36,696 nucleotides of DNA, taken from IMG/VR virus record IMGVR_UViG_3300037608_000072, positions 1-36,696 of that record. One strand, written 5' to 3'. The translations under genes were made by a program, and so were the position numbers. Within the stretch, counting starts at the first letter, position 1. Every line of letters starts with the position of its first letter. The notes beneath the pieces are model-generated. The model searched no databases, was not told the origin of the DNA, and worked only from the letters and a program-made list of their open reading frames with translations. This document shows positions 1-9,800 of this stretch, in pieces. The DNA comes from a virus. Lineage: Duplodnaviria; Caudoviricetes.

Positions 1-160
1 GGAATATCTTTAATCGGGTAGAAATGATCGATTGTTCCCTTTTTCCCCAAGATTCCGGTAACACATACAATCCCATGGTGGCAGAGAAGGCAGGCTGATT
101 CAAGTAAAGTCGCCGGTCCAATCAGTTCGAGTACCTTATTTATCCCCTGAGGATACAAGC
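1..160 (-). pseudogene. Internal fragment of a host MDR-family (zinc-binding dehydrogenase/quinone oxidoreductase-like) gene interrupted by the prophage
   Basis: The minus frame reads LYPQGINKVLELIGPATLLESACLLCHHGIVCVTGILGKKGTIDHFYPIKDIP. This resembles the G.DKVLEL.G...G.VC.TG..G segment of such oxidoreductases. It is cut off at the phage end at 161. Confidence 0.5.
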
Positions 161-209
161 TAATCGGCCAAAATCAAAAAGTACAAATTTCGAAATCAAT
201 TTGTACAAA
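161..209 (+). repeat. Left terminal repeat with two putative transposase-binding sites
   Basis: TAATCGGCCAAAATCAAAAAGTACAAA aligns with the reverse complement of the right end, TAAGGGGATAAACACAAATTATACAAA. Tandem sites lie at 171-187 and 193-209. Confidence 0.7.
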
Positions 210-346
210 AAAAATAAATACATGCGTAAAAACGGGTGCCTCATACGTCGAGTACTGCTCAATCTGCTCAACTTCTCGTTTAAGACCTGTTGAAAGACTA
301 TTTAAACAGCGCTGCAGCGTACGGAGCATAACACCGCAAAAGGCAT

Positions 347-514
347 TTAAACCGACGGATCATGTTCCGGTACAACTTCTTCCCGCCAACCATCCTGGTA
401 ATGAATATCGGTCATGGTTTCATACCCTCCCCAAAAACCCTCACCACTTTCGCGTGTAAAATGAGTTGGGATCCCTGATTGTACGATTTGATTGTTTTTG
501 ATTAAGTGTTTCAT
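347..514 (-). CDS. Small tail-associated hypothetical protein (55 aa, possibly truncated)
   Basis: Read manually: MKHLIKNNQIVQSGIPTHFTRESGEGFWGGYETMTDIHYQDGWREEVVPEHDPSV*. Starts 12 nt after the LamG gene. Confidence 0.55.
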   Translation of the reverse strand: MKHLIKNNQIVQSGIPTHFTRESGEGFWGGYETMTDIHYQDGWREEVVPEHDPSV

Positions 515-526
515 ATTAATTATAAT

Positions 527-1201
527 TTAAAAAGTTGGATGAAATCTGCCGGAACCGGCATTGTACAAAGCTGTTACTGCTGCCTGTGCTAATTCCAGAT
601 TCCACAAGTACCACTCGTCAATCCAGAACGATCCAGAGCCGCTACCACCTCCTGTATCTTGTTTGATAGCCGCCGTTGTTCCGAGAATCCTTGTAGCTAT
701 CGCCACGCTGCCGGCCAGTGTACCATTAATGTACAGGCACAGATAACCATTTGTTTTCATTGTAACCACTATGTGACACCATTGTGAATCTACGATTGTC
801 CCTGAAACAGACTTTAATCCTCCGCTTGTATTGGCATAAACGGTGATTAGATTTGAGCTGAGATTGATAAAGAAACCGTATCCGGAAGATTGTGTGTTAT
901 AGATAAAAGGGCTGTTCCCGTTGTTGCGCACCCACACTGAAAGGCTCATGTTATAAGAGTTAAAAGCTCCTGTTAGCGACGAAAAGGTTGCATACACGCC
1001 AGTATCGCTGTAAAAGTTTGCGTAGTAATTGTGTATTCCGGCAACATTGTTATATGCCGGTGCCGAGTACGACTCATACGTACCGCCCACGTAATCATTG
1101 CAATCCCCTTCAAAGTTAAATGCGTTTGTCAATCCGGTTGTAAGGTTAATGTCCTCTCCAACGTGACCAACGTGACCAATCATTCCTATTCCCGGTATCA
1201 T
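527..1201 (-). CDS. LamG/concanavalin A-like lectin domain protein (tail adhesin)
   Basis: Motifs SLSVWV, WCHIVVT, LYINGTL and IDEWYLWNLEL are typical of Laminin_G_3. Confidence 0.8.
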   Translation of the reverse strand: MIPGIGMIGHVGHVGEDINLTTGLTNAFNFEGDCNDYVGGTYESYSAPAYNNVAGIHNYYANFYSDTGVYATFSSLTGAFNSYNMSLSVWVRNNGNSPFIYNTQSSGYGFFINLSSNLITVYANTSGGLKSVSGTIVDSQWCHIVVTMKTNGYLCLYINGTLAGSVAIATRILGTTAAIKQDTGGGSGSGSFWIDEWYLWNLELAQAAVTALYNAGSGRFHPTF

Positions 1202-1202
1202 C

Positions 1203-1709
1203 CTAAGCCCCTTTCATTACAGTGGTTAATAGCTTCTCGCTGCCCGATGTCGCATCAATGCACAAAAGGTTCACGTAAAATACTCCCGAGGTTCCAAATG
1301 TGGCGTTCCCTTCCACCGCCACGTGCTTTGCCGCTGCTGCCCACGATGGGGTGAACCCGTTTGGAGTGATAATCAGAAGAAACGACTTATTCAGTTCAAA
1401 ACCGGAGAACGAAAAGGCCGTGTTTCCGGTCAGGGTAATGGCGCCAATGCCGTTAACCGATAAGTCAACAGAAGCGGTAACAGTTGCGCGTGTTTTGAGC
1501 GCATTGGCAACTTTGGTATAAGTTACGGAGGTGTCTGCAGGAACACGTGCATCCGTCAGTCGGGAATCATCTGTTGCTACATAATCAATCCCGGCCAACG
1601 CTGCCCGTACTTTACCAGCACTGCCTTTTAAAAGGCCCGTTATAGAAATGTCAGTATCTGTACTTACTGATGTGTTAACAATGATTGAATTTGGTCTTGG
1701 TCTTCCCAT
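1203..1709 (-). CDS. Tail fibre-associated protein
   Basis: DDSRLTDARVP motif seen in fibre proteins, a beta-rich C-terminus, and its position in the tail operon. Confidence 0.55.
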   Translation of the reverse strand: MGRPRPNSIIVNTSVSTDTDISITGLLKGSAGKVRAALAGIDYVATDDSRLTDARVPADTSVTYTKVANALKTRATVTASVDLSVNGIGAITLTGNTAFSFSGFELNKSFLLIITPNGFTPSWAAAAKHVAVEGNATFGTSGVFYVNLLCIDATSGSEKLLTTVMKGA

Positions 1710-1719
1710 GTTTTTATTT

Positions 1720-3888
1720 TTATGGTAGTGTTGTAAATGTCAATTCATTCTCACTTTCAGGGAAAAATATTCCACCATTTATGAGTGTATGAACTTTGAT
1801 AAAATAAGTAGTGTTTGGAGTTATAACATGTCCCGGATTAGATTGTACCAATACTGAAAACTCACCTTTTCCGTTCCCGGAAAGATGTAGCATGTCTGAA
1901 GACTGAGGATCTGGATGTGCTGCAAATATTACTCCTCTACTACTTATAGTATCCTGTGCAGGACCTTCAATAATGCAGTTGGCTACAAACGATGTACTGG
2001 TTATTTCGGTTATGCTTATAATTCTTGATCTCAAAGAATAGAAATTAACCTCATTGCTGTACCCGACATTGCCGGCCGCGTTCTTCGCATAAGCCAGGAT
2101 TCGGACGGTCTGACTTGTCACCAGTGACGGAGCAGTCCCCGAAAATGATCCGATATCGCCGGCATCTGTTGTTATCCCGATATATGATTCTAATGTCGGG
2201 TTACCCGTAAGATTCCATACGATTCCCCTTTGAATAATTGACGAACCGCCATCCGAATTGACAGTACCCGAATAATCGAATCTGTCATAAAAGATGTTTG
2301 TTATCATACCTGCTGAAACAAGAGGAACGGAGCTTGTTGTCGTGAATGATACAACAGGGCTATACGATTTTGAACCGTCTGAATAACCTGATCCGTATTC
2401 TATTACGGCAGTAAAAATTACTGATGTTGATGATTGTACAGTAACGTCAAGACTAATGACAACCTCTTGCAGCAGATCCCCGGTGTAGAAACTAACAATG
2501 TTCGAGTAACCTATACCATTAGCGTTCTGCGCCCATGCTCTCGCATAGTAGGTAGTATTTGATTGTAGTTGTTGTTGAAAGGGATTTGATAATGGCCCAA
2601 CGACGGATTGTTGTGTGAACCCTATCGGTGTTCCAGAACAATCAGGCGTCGTAAAAAGATCGCAACCTCTCCCTGTTACAGTAGAACCGCCGTCGCTGCC
2701 AACAGTTGTGGCAATTTGAACTCCTGCCGTTAGTGAATTCAAAGCCCATGCTCTCGCCCAATAATTCGTATCAGGTTCCATATTGCCTGAAGCAATCACC
2801 ATTGCGCCTATACCCAATGTCTGCACTATACTCGTGTAGTCACCTGTTAATCCAGAGTTGTTAAAAATATCAACTCCACGCATCCGCAACGGGGATACCG
2901 AATCTAAGGTTATTGTTGGAGTAACAGTCGGAGCCCCCGTTGTAAAACTTATTGAGTTACTGTAACTTATCCAGTCCGTATTTCTAACCATAGCCCTGGC
3001 ATAGTAAGTGGTATTTGGTTGAAGGTCAATAACAGTACCTGAAAACACACCTTCTTCGTTGAGCGAATGATACGAACTCAGGAAATCTCCGTTAAACGAA
3101 GGCGAAGTATAGAATTCACATCCTCTCTGTATGATCGTACTATCGCCCCCAGATGTTACGTCAGCAAGGTAATTGGCGCTACTACTTGTTATCCCTGTTA
3201 TAGACGTAAGAGTTATGGAGGGAACAATACCAGTTAACGGTGTTGCAAAGTTAATTACGTTTGATAAGGTTGTACCGATAGCATTAGTAACCCATGCCCT
3301 TGCCCAGTATGCTGTATTTGGTTGAAGCCCTTCAACAGTATCTGTTATTACCCCGGTATTTTGGGATTGATCGTAAGTGATTGGCGTCCCTGTAAGACCA
3401 GAATTGGTATAAAAATTACAGCCCCTGGATGTAATCGGACTTCCACCGCTATCGGCAACATTCGTTGTAAATTTTGCTGTATATGATGATTCTGCCGCAA
3501 CAGACGACAATGTAATTGGTGGAGGGACTGCAACTGTTGGAGTTGTAAAACTAATCACGTTACTATACGCTACTCCTACCGAATTTACGGCATATGCACG
3601 TACATAATAGGTAGTGTCAGGCTGCATAGGTTGACCATACTCATCCATAGGTGTATAAGACCCGCTAAATTCACCTGTCCCTGAACCATTGCCTTGTTGC
3701 TGGTAAAATCCAGAAAAATCAGCGTGTGTATTGAACTCAATCCCTCTCAGAGTCGCCGTTGAGCCTCCGTCGCTGGTCACATTCGCATGATATACAAAAT
3801 CCAGTAACGTAACATTACTGATGCTATCAAGTACTACCGCTGGCAATACCGCTGCCGCCCCTTTTTTCGAGAGAAATATTATTCTCAT
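1720..3888 (-). CDS. Fibronectin type III-like repeat protein (about 7 repeats), tail appendage
   Basis: Repeats of about 100 aa: ITL.S...V.SDGGS....RG...LQPNTTYY.RA.A.N..G..YSN..SFTT. Confidence 0.8.
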   Translation of the reverse strand: MRIIFLSKKGAAAVLPAVVLDSISNVTLLDFVYHANVTSDGGSTATLRGIEFNTHADFSGFYQQQGNGSGTGEFSGSYTPMDEYGQPMQPDTTYYVRAYAVNSVGVAYSNVISFTTPTVAVPPPITLSSVAAESSYTAKFTTNVADSGGSPITSRGCNFYTNSGLTGTPITYDQSQNTGVITDTVEGLQPNTAYWARAWVTNAIGTTLSNVINFATPLTGIVPSITLTSITGITSSSANYLADVTSGGDSTIIQRGCEFYTSPSFNGDFLSSYHSLNEEGVFSGTVIDLQPNTTYYARAMVRNTDWISYSNSISFTTGAPTVTPTITLDSVSPLRMRGVDIFNNSGLTGDYTSIVQTLGIGAMVIASGNMEPDTNYWARAWALNSLTAGVQIATTVGSDGGSTVTGRGCDLFTTPDCSGTPIGFTQQSVVGPLSNPFQQQLQSNTTYYARAWAQNANGIGYSNIVSFYTGDLLQEVVISLDVTVQSSTSVIFTAVIEYGSGYSDGSKSYSPVVSFTTTSSVPLVSAGMITNIFYDRFDYSGTVNSDGGSSIIQRGIVWNLTGNPTLESYIGITTDAGDIGSFSGTAPSLVTSQTVRILAYAKNAAGNVGYSNEVNFYSLRSRIISITEITSTSFVANCIIEGPAQDTISSRGVIFAAHPDPQSSDMLHLSGNGKGEFSVLVQSNPGHVITPNTTYFIKVHTLINGGIFFPESENELTFTTLP

Positions 3889-4934
3889 ACCCTCTGTATT
3901 TTCAGTTTAACCCTGATCAAGGTCGGGTTATCGGAATAAGTAGCTGCCGTGTTGATCGTTACCACATCACCTGTTGCTACCGAATTGGCACTCGTGGCAT
4001 TTATTTCTGCCTTAGTCCCTATTGAAAGGCTTCCCAGTCCTGACACTGCCGTACTATTGATCTTGACAGACACTCCTGTCAAGGTACCGTCGCTTTCCGT
4101 TACAATGGAAAGGATCCGGTAAGGCCATGAGGCTTTCATATCAAGCACATAGGTCTGTGCTATGCCTTTGGTCACGTCCCTGGCTTCGAAGGCAATATCA
4201 GAAGCTGGATAAGGGAGGATAACCGAAAGTGCTGGCAAGCCCCCGGTCCGTGTTAGTGACAGTATCCTGTATGTTGCATCGAAAGAAATAGCGCTGACAT
4301 ATTTGTCTGGGGCTAATCCGATACCTACCACATCCCCGATATCTATCTCCACATCCAGCCCATCACCGTTTTTGGTTCCCGTTCCGATATATTGACGAAC
4401 CTGCCCATCTGTCCACACTTCCGGTTCTGAAAGGATCATCAGGTCGCCGGCCACCGAAGTTGAAAGAAAGTAATTCGCCCCTGCGGTATAAGTTCCGGCC
4501 AGAACGCCGCCTTTTACGTACCTGAAATTGTTTGCATCAACCACCTGCGAAACCAGTCCGAGCGTTACCGCATTTGCCGGAGAATCAGCTTTCGCTTTTA
4601 CCCATGTACTTCCAACAATCCCCACCGCATTACCCACCGCAAATCCATGGGCAGTTTGTGTCTGTCTGTAATACTTGTCGGGGGTAGTTTTCACGTTTCC
4701 CCACAACATGCTGGCTTCCCGAACCCCGTCAACAACCCCCTGAACAATCCCCAGCTTGTAAATAATGTACCCCTCGTCACGTAGCGGGTCAATGTGATCC
4801 TCAGAGGCAATTACCTCAGAGGTAGTGGCGAGTTCATTAATCTCTACCATCAGGTACAGGTAGTGTGCGTTGTTGTTCAAAAACGTAATTTCCGTTTCGG
4901 CAACATCCCAGGCGCGTGTTGGATCGTATATCAT
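3885..4934 (-). CDS. Tail tip/fibre protein
   Basis: 349 aa ORF with ATGA overlaps at both ends and a QTAHGFAVG...WVKAKAD fibre-type motif. Confidence 0.6.
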   Translation of the reverse strand: MIYDPTRAWDVAETEITFLNNNAHYLYLMVEINELATTSEVIASEDHIDPLRDEGYIIYKLGIVQGVVDGVREASMLWGNVKTTPDKYYRQTQTAHGFAVGNAVGIVGSTWVKAKADSPANAVTLGLVSQVVDANNFRYVKGGVLAGTYTAGANYFLSTSVAGDLMILSEPEVWTDGQVRQYIGTGTKNGDGLDVEIDIGDVVGIGLAPDKYVSAISFDATYRILSLTRTGGLPALSVILPYPASDIAFEARDVTKGIAQTYVLDMKASWPYRILSIVTESDGTLTGVSVKINSTAVSGLGSLSIGTKAEINATSANSVATGDVVTINTAATYSDNPTLIRVKLKIQRV

Positions 4935-7197
4935 GATTCCATCAGTGTTAGTATGTCGTCGCGGTCGCGTGCATTAAAATGGTGGCTGATGAGCTGACCC
5001 GCGCTTATCCTGATTTTATTTGGATTTCCGTCAACATTGCACTCAACCATTGCACCCTTCAGGCTAAATTGCGGCGTTCCGCTGTCGAAATCGAGCGCGT
5101 ATGGAGTTACACCCCTGTTCTTTATTTGCAGCCTGGTAAAACCATCCTGCGTAAGCTCGGCAGACGGACTGAATTTCTTTGCCTCAAAATCATTTTCGTA
5201 CAGGTATCCCGGGAACGAAACCTTCGAGCCGTTTTTGTCGATCAACGTAACGCGCTCTTCAATATTTCGCGGGTCAACAGGGCGGATAAATTCAATTTTG
5301 TCGGGAAGTTGATAAGTCGTTTCGCCGTAAACCGACAAAGAAGCATCAACACTCAGCAGCTCCACGAACTCGCCTTCAACGGTCTGCCAGCGGTCGTCGT
5401 ATGTAATCCCGCTTTCAATAAAGCGTTTGCCCGGATTGTTCGCGTCTTCAATCACAAGGTGCACGGTAGGTACCACATCGGCCAGGCGCGCCAGCCAGCT
5501 TTGTCGCGGAACGCGTTGCGCCGTGGCAGCCATACGCCCTATAAATTCGGCAAACGGCAGCAGCGTTCCACCTGCAAGTCTCCACCCTGTCGTAACGCCA
5601 TCGTCAGGCCTGCGAAAACCACCTGAATAGATAATATTAGCATTTTGGATATCCGGATAGTCGCCAACAACCAGCTCAATGTCACTTGGCGTGTAATTAT
5701 TGCGTGAATTGTTTACAATCGTTGTCTTTTTGTCCGATGGATATTTTTGTTCAGCTTCATCAACAAGTTCAAATTCGATGCCTGTAAAACAGGAACCTGC
5801 AATCTCCACCTTATCGTGGTACGGCACATAAAGGTAAATTTCGAGCATTCCCGAAATTGGGATATGAGGCACCGAAGCTTTAAACGTCTCGAAGTGGTCT
5901 ATCACCTGATTGTGTGGATAGGCCGTCACCTGTTCGTAGGTATTGTAATAAGCGGGTACCTCTTCGCCATCCACAAGCATCGTTTTAGTTTTGTATTTGG
6001 CCACGCTGCTTTTCAGACATACATAGGCGTTTGTATCATCAACGTTAGCCGCCGGGATCGTGCCGTCATCAAGTAGCCACTCAAATTCCGCATCTTTTGG
6101 AATTAACGGTTTGCGCCTCATGTAATACGTTTGCGTTTCGCCCACCACCTGAATTTTTACGAACATGGCAGCGGCATACTTTGCGCCCATCAGCGCATAC
6201 TTCATAGTCACGTTAAGGATACTGGCCGATTGCTCAACCGCCATTTGCTTTTTGATAAACTTATTAATGTTCGTATATCCGCGGGTTTCCATTTTTGGCC
6301 AGTACTGTTTGCCGGGGATATATACAAACTTTTCATTTTTATCATTTAAAACGCGCTGTACTGGCGTTCACCCACGTTTGTCCACGTCTCGAACTTTGCA
6401 AGCTCGATGTTGTATTGATCGAACGAACCGTTTTTTATCAGGTTTTCGTTGTACCCGAAATCCTGATTTACAATTTGCTGTTTGACTGCCGGAAGAACCT
6501 GCATGTCGGCAGCGTTTTCCTGCCAAAACCCTGAAGCAGTTACCGGCTGTATGGCAGACTTGGTATTGCTAATGATAAACCATTGCGCCAGTCGCTGGAA
6601 GATGCGGCAACCCTGGAACAACTGTTCGAGCACCTCGTAACAACTCATATCTTCAAAAACAACCGTATCAATCGAATGGCTCAACAAGCCTGCGCCTGCC
6701 GATTCTGTCCAGTCAATGTCGGTATTTATCGCGATGTTGAGCCCCGTTTCTGCCAATATTTCAGAAAGAATGGTGCCGACCGTTTTGCGCTCGTTTGGCA
6801 CGTATGGCGTATCTTTTAGGAACCCAAGACCGTCATAGGCGGTGAGCTGCACCGGGTAGGGAGCGGCAATTAACGGTTCAGACCACGAATCAGGTTCAAC
6901 ATGTCCAGTCCAGATAAGCGTTCCGGCCTTCTCAATGTCAACCCGGTGCTTGTGCGCATCAGCGCTGAACAGGTAAGAATATTCATAGTCGAATTCGGCA
7001 TCAAAGTAAATAGTGGCCGATGAACCGTAAATCAGCGGCAAACCCTCGCCACCCTGATCGCCCCATACAATTTGAAGCCCTGCATGCGCGTAGCGAACAT
7101 CGGCCACACCCGAGTACCCATCCTGATAGATGTTAACGCGGGTCAATACTTCATTAATGTCCTTATATTCGATTCGTAGCCTGAGTCCGTATGCCAT
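4931..7197 (-). pseudogene. Tail hub/tip protein split by a 1-nt frameshift near 6369 (ORFs 6346..7197 and 4931..6292)
   Basis: The N-terminus MAYGLRLRIEYKD...WTGHV...LTAYDGLGFLKD is typical of the gene after the tape measure. Adding one base at GGT GA^ACG joins it in frame to the 453 aa ORF through TPVQRVLNDKNEKFVYIPGKQYWPK. Confidence 0.65.
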
Positions 7198-7222
7198 ATA
7201 TTTACTATTTATTTATTTGCGA

Positions 7223-7348
7223 TTATGTTGTAATTACTTCATCGTTTGTTTCAATCAGCCAGTTTTTGTCTGCTGTTTTTTCAAAGATTACTTTACCGTT
7301 CTTGACGATTTTAACCTTCTTATTCTTCTTGACTTTTACCTTTTTCAT
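7223..7348 (-). CDS. Small lysine-rich hypothetical protein (41 aa)
   Basis: MKKVKVKKNKKVKIVKNGKVIFEKTADKNWLIETNDEVITT*, with an ATGA overlap with the upstream ORF. Confidence 0.5.
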   Translation of the reverse strand: MKKVKVKKNKKVKIVKNGKVIFEKTADKNWLIETNDEVITT

Positions 7349-7857
7349 AATGGGTCGATTGTTATTATTGTGTTTCCGTCAAAAATTAAATTATTAATCA
7401 TCGAGTCAGTTGCGGCCGTTCTACTGCCTTTTGAAAGGTCAATAACATAGTTTGCAACCTTTTCGTTAACTTTTTTAATCACATCATCAACGGGCAATAC
7501 GGTACTTGTAATTACTTCGCTGCTCTTGATTAATGTGTTATCTCTGATTATATCAGCCGATTTCAAGTAAGGGAGGTTTTCGTCATACAATTTCTTTACT
7601 TTAACTGCGCTTCCTCCTTCAACTTCGATATTATCAATCACCTGCTGTTCAAGTGTTGCATCCTGAAAATGTCGGTGGGTGGCACGTAATAACTCAGCTT
7701 CATCTAAGTTGTCAACAATTGTAAATTCAGCCTCGTAACGTTTGCCTTCATCACCTTCTGTCTGTACTCCGTTATCTTTGTGATTGAACGAAACGAAGTG
7801 CTGTCCTGCCTTCCATACCTGTTGTTCAGGGATTGGTAAATTGCTAAATGTTTTCAT
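7345..7857 (-). CDS. Hypothetical tail-accessory protein
   Basis: 170 aa ORF co-oriented in the tail operon. Confidence 0.6.
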   Translation of the reverse strand: MKTFSNLPIPEQQVWKAGQHFVSFNHKDNGVQTEGDEGKRYEAEFTIVDNLDEAELLRATHRHFQDATLEQQVIDNIEVEGGSAVKVKKLYDENLPYLKSADIIRDNTLIKSSEVITSTVLPVDDVIKKVNEKVANYVIDLSKGSRTAATDSMINNLIFDGNTIITIDPL

Positions 7858-7862
7858 GTCAG

Positions 7863-8237
7863 CTAAATTTTAGTATTTCTTATACAATTCTCAACTCTTT
7901 TTATTTGATCTTCAATAGGAGAATCATTTTCTAAAGTACACCCCATATATTTAAAATTAGTTAGACCATATTTTTTATTTTGGTATCTAATCATCTTTGC
8001 CTTACTTTCACATTCCTTACATTGGTACATTAATGATGGCGTACCTTTCATTGTTTTGGTAATGTGAAATTCAGTAACTTCTAATTCTTTCAGACATACT
8101 TTACAAACTTTAAACCCTTCTTTTACCGTAATTGGTTTAACTTTATTATTCAACCAATTTGATAATGCAGATTCATATTTGATTGATGCTAATTCAGCCG
8201 TTTCATGTAATCCTAAAAAGTATTTCTCGTGTTCGTT
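7863..8237 (-). pseudogene. 5'-truncated AP2/zinc-finger (HNH-AP2 homing endonuclease-like) remnant
   Basis: The frame is open up to the stop at 8238-8240 with no upstream ATG. It reads KYFLGLHETAELASIKYESAL (AP2 C-terminal half), then CKVC...CKEC. Confidence 0.55.
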
Positions 8238-9473
8238 TTATCGTGCAGAGAGGCGCGCCCCGACACTCGTAGCCGAATTCGACGCACTGTAATGCGTAGC
8301 CGCAGCCCGACCCGCACCCGCCCCAAGATTCGCATCACCACCGAAAAACAGAGCCCCCCAGCCACTACCCAATGCGGGCGCATAGAAATAATCACAAAAT
8401 TGGGTGGTTGATGATCCGCCAACGCTTTTCGCAAATATATCTCCCTTGTCTCCGAATAGTATAGTTTTTACCCATCCTTCCGTAAGCGAAACATTTCCGG
8501 CATATCTTGCATTAACACTTGTATTATCAGCAATCAATGAAGGATCGTCAAACACATAACATTCACGCCTATCAGCCAGATGGTTATAACTTACGCCATC
8601 AACCCACTTCCAGATATGTCCGAAATGATTCTCAATTCCACGGTAACGAGGAACGGTGAAAGTTCGATTAATTCCTACTCCCCCAAAGTTTGGAATCGTT
8701 ACGGGAACCTCACCAGTACCGTTCGCCAGACTATCAGATGCTCCACAGGTAATGAATGGATTATACCCATTGTACGCTGACCATTCCTCACTCACTGCCG
8801 TTGTGACTCCATTGCCTATACCACCCTGTCTGTAGCCCTCTGCTGTTAATGTGTTATTGACTGCTTTTTGAATGTTAAATGAAGCAAATTCAACAATCTG
8901 CATCCAGTTGATTTCAACGCTCGGCTCGTTCCATAATTGCTGATAACCTGCCCCATTAGCCCTCGCATCCGCTCTGAATGTCGTTTCCGAACGCGAAGTC
9001 GTTGGCGTAACCCCTGCAATAGAACTTAGCTTAGTAGCTACCAATTTAGCTTCGTAGGCTCCTACATTCCATTTTTCAAATTTCGTAAAACCTGCAAGTG
9101 GATACATTGAGCATTTTACCCGTTGAATATTACCAACCGTTTCAAATTTCCAATACGTATCAGCATCTTTTCTGACCATTACATTACCGTGCGCCCCTGT
9201 TCTGTCACTTGCTGTACCATCTGCTTTCTTTGTCCAGTCATTTGCATCAAGATAGTAATTAACTGACTTATCAGCATTTAAAAGCACGCCTTTCAAACTC
9301 GACTGAACAGGAAGTGAGGCATGAAGTGACATTGCAGAAGGTGAACTTGCTATTCTCGTCCAATCAGGCGATGCAATTGTGACGTCACGTTCAATGCCGT
9401 ACCATTGTTGGTGCAAATTTGCTCCTATATGAAACCCCGCTGACTTCGCGATTGATTCTGCGATGCGAATCAT
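8238..9473 (-). CDS. Receptor-binding-like protein with C-terminal CLec-type DGR target domain
   Basis: YRGIENHFGHIWKWVDG motif and C-terminal FFGGDANLGAGAG...SNSATSVGARL. Probable start is the ATG at 9473 (TGATG overlap). Confidence 0.75.
   Translation of the reverse strand: MIRIAESIAKSAGFHIGANLHQQWYGIERDVTIASPDWTRIASSPSAMSLHASLPVQSSLKGVLLNADKSVNYYLDANDWTKKADGTASDRTGAHGNVMVRKDADTYWKFETVGNIQRVKCSMYPLAGFTKFEKWNVGAYEAKLVATKLSSIAGVTPTTSRSETTFRADARANGAGYQQLWNEPSVEINWMQIVEFASFNIQKAVNNTLTAEGYRQGGIGNGVTTAVSEEWSAYNGYNPFITCGASDSLANGTGEVPVTIPNFGGVGINRTFTVPRYRGIENHFGHIWKWVDGVSYNHLADRRECYVFDDPSLIADNTSVNARYAGNVSLTEGWVKTILFGDKGDIFAKSVGGSSTTQFCDYFYAPALGSGWGALFFGGDANLGAGAGRAAATHYSASNSATSVGARLSAR
8247..8372 (-). 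other. DGR variable-region (VR)-like segment
   Basis: 42 consecutive codons have no third-position A. NNT/NNC codons alternate with G-ending scaffold codons. Confidence 0.7.
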
Positions 9474-9742
9474 CAGAATAAGATTTTGCAAAGTGTAATC
9501 GCACCTGTCGAAGTAACCCGGAGCCACTGACCAGGCACGATATCGGTTAAGTTCAACCCGTCGGAACCATTCACCACAAGCGACACATTCGGGATGATTG
9601 CAAACACATTACCATCAACCGACCGTTCAACTGTAACAGTCGATGCTTCTGTCGTTGTTACCATTATTGCACAACTTTCGCTGTCGATCCTGACCGCTTC
9701 GGTCACTTTGTTTGTAATTACCAATGTTTTGAGCGTTGCCAT
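9473..9742 (-). CDS. Small beta-rich structural hypothetical protein
   Basis: 89 aa ORF translationally coupled to the DGR-target-like gene. Confidence 0.6.
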   Translation of the reverse strand: MATLKTLVITNKVTEAVRIDSESCAIMVTTTEASTVTVERSVDGNVFAIIPNVSLVVNGSDGLNLTDIVPGQWLRVTSTGAITLCKILF

Positions 9743-9800
9743 AATTTTATTTTTTAATTTGTTAATTTCATTGTTGGGGCTGCCCTTGTGGCTGCCCTTA

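Noticed and set aside
140-149. TTATCCCCT shared with the right end (36650-36658) as a possible att core
   Set aside because: There is no integrase, the match falls inside the host reading frame, and the inverted end motifs explain the boundaries better.
478-497. Reverse copy of the end motif (ATCAAATCGTACAA)
   Set aside because: It lies inside the 347..514 ORF and is isolated, so it may be chance. Not counted as a transposase site.
1158-1179. 9-bp tandem duplication giving GHVGHVG
   Set aside because: An in-frame slippage in a linker with no evident significance.
527-4934. Invertible tail-fibre segment (Mu G-like) or mom gene
   Set aside because: No invertase, no flanking inverted repeats seen, all genes co-oriented, and no modification gene at this end.
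4925-4940. Possible second frameshift between the 453 aa and 349 aa tail ORFs
   Set aside because: A clean ATGA stop/start overlap indicates ordinary translational coupling.
8238-8240. Stop-codon readthrough fusing the DGR target to the in-frame AP2 remnant
   Set aside because: TAA is a poor readthrough codon, the in-frame register has a one-in-three chance, and a deletion junction is the simpler explanation.
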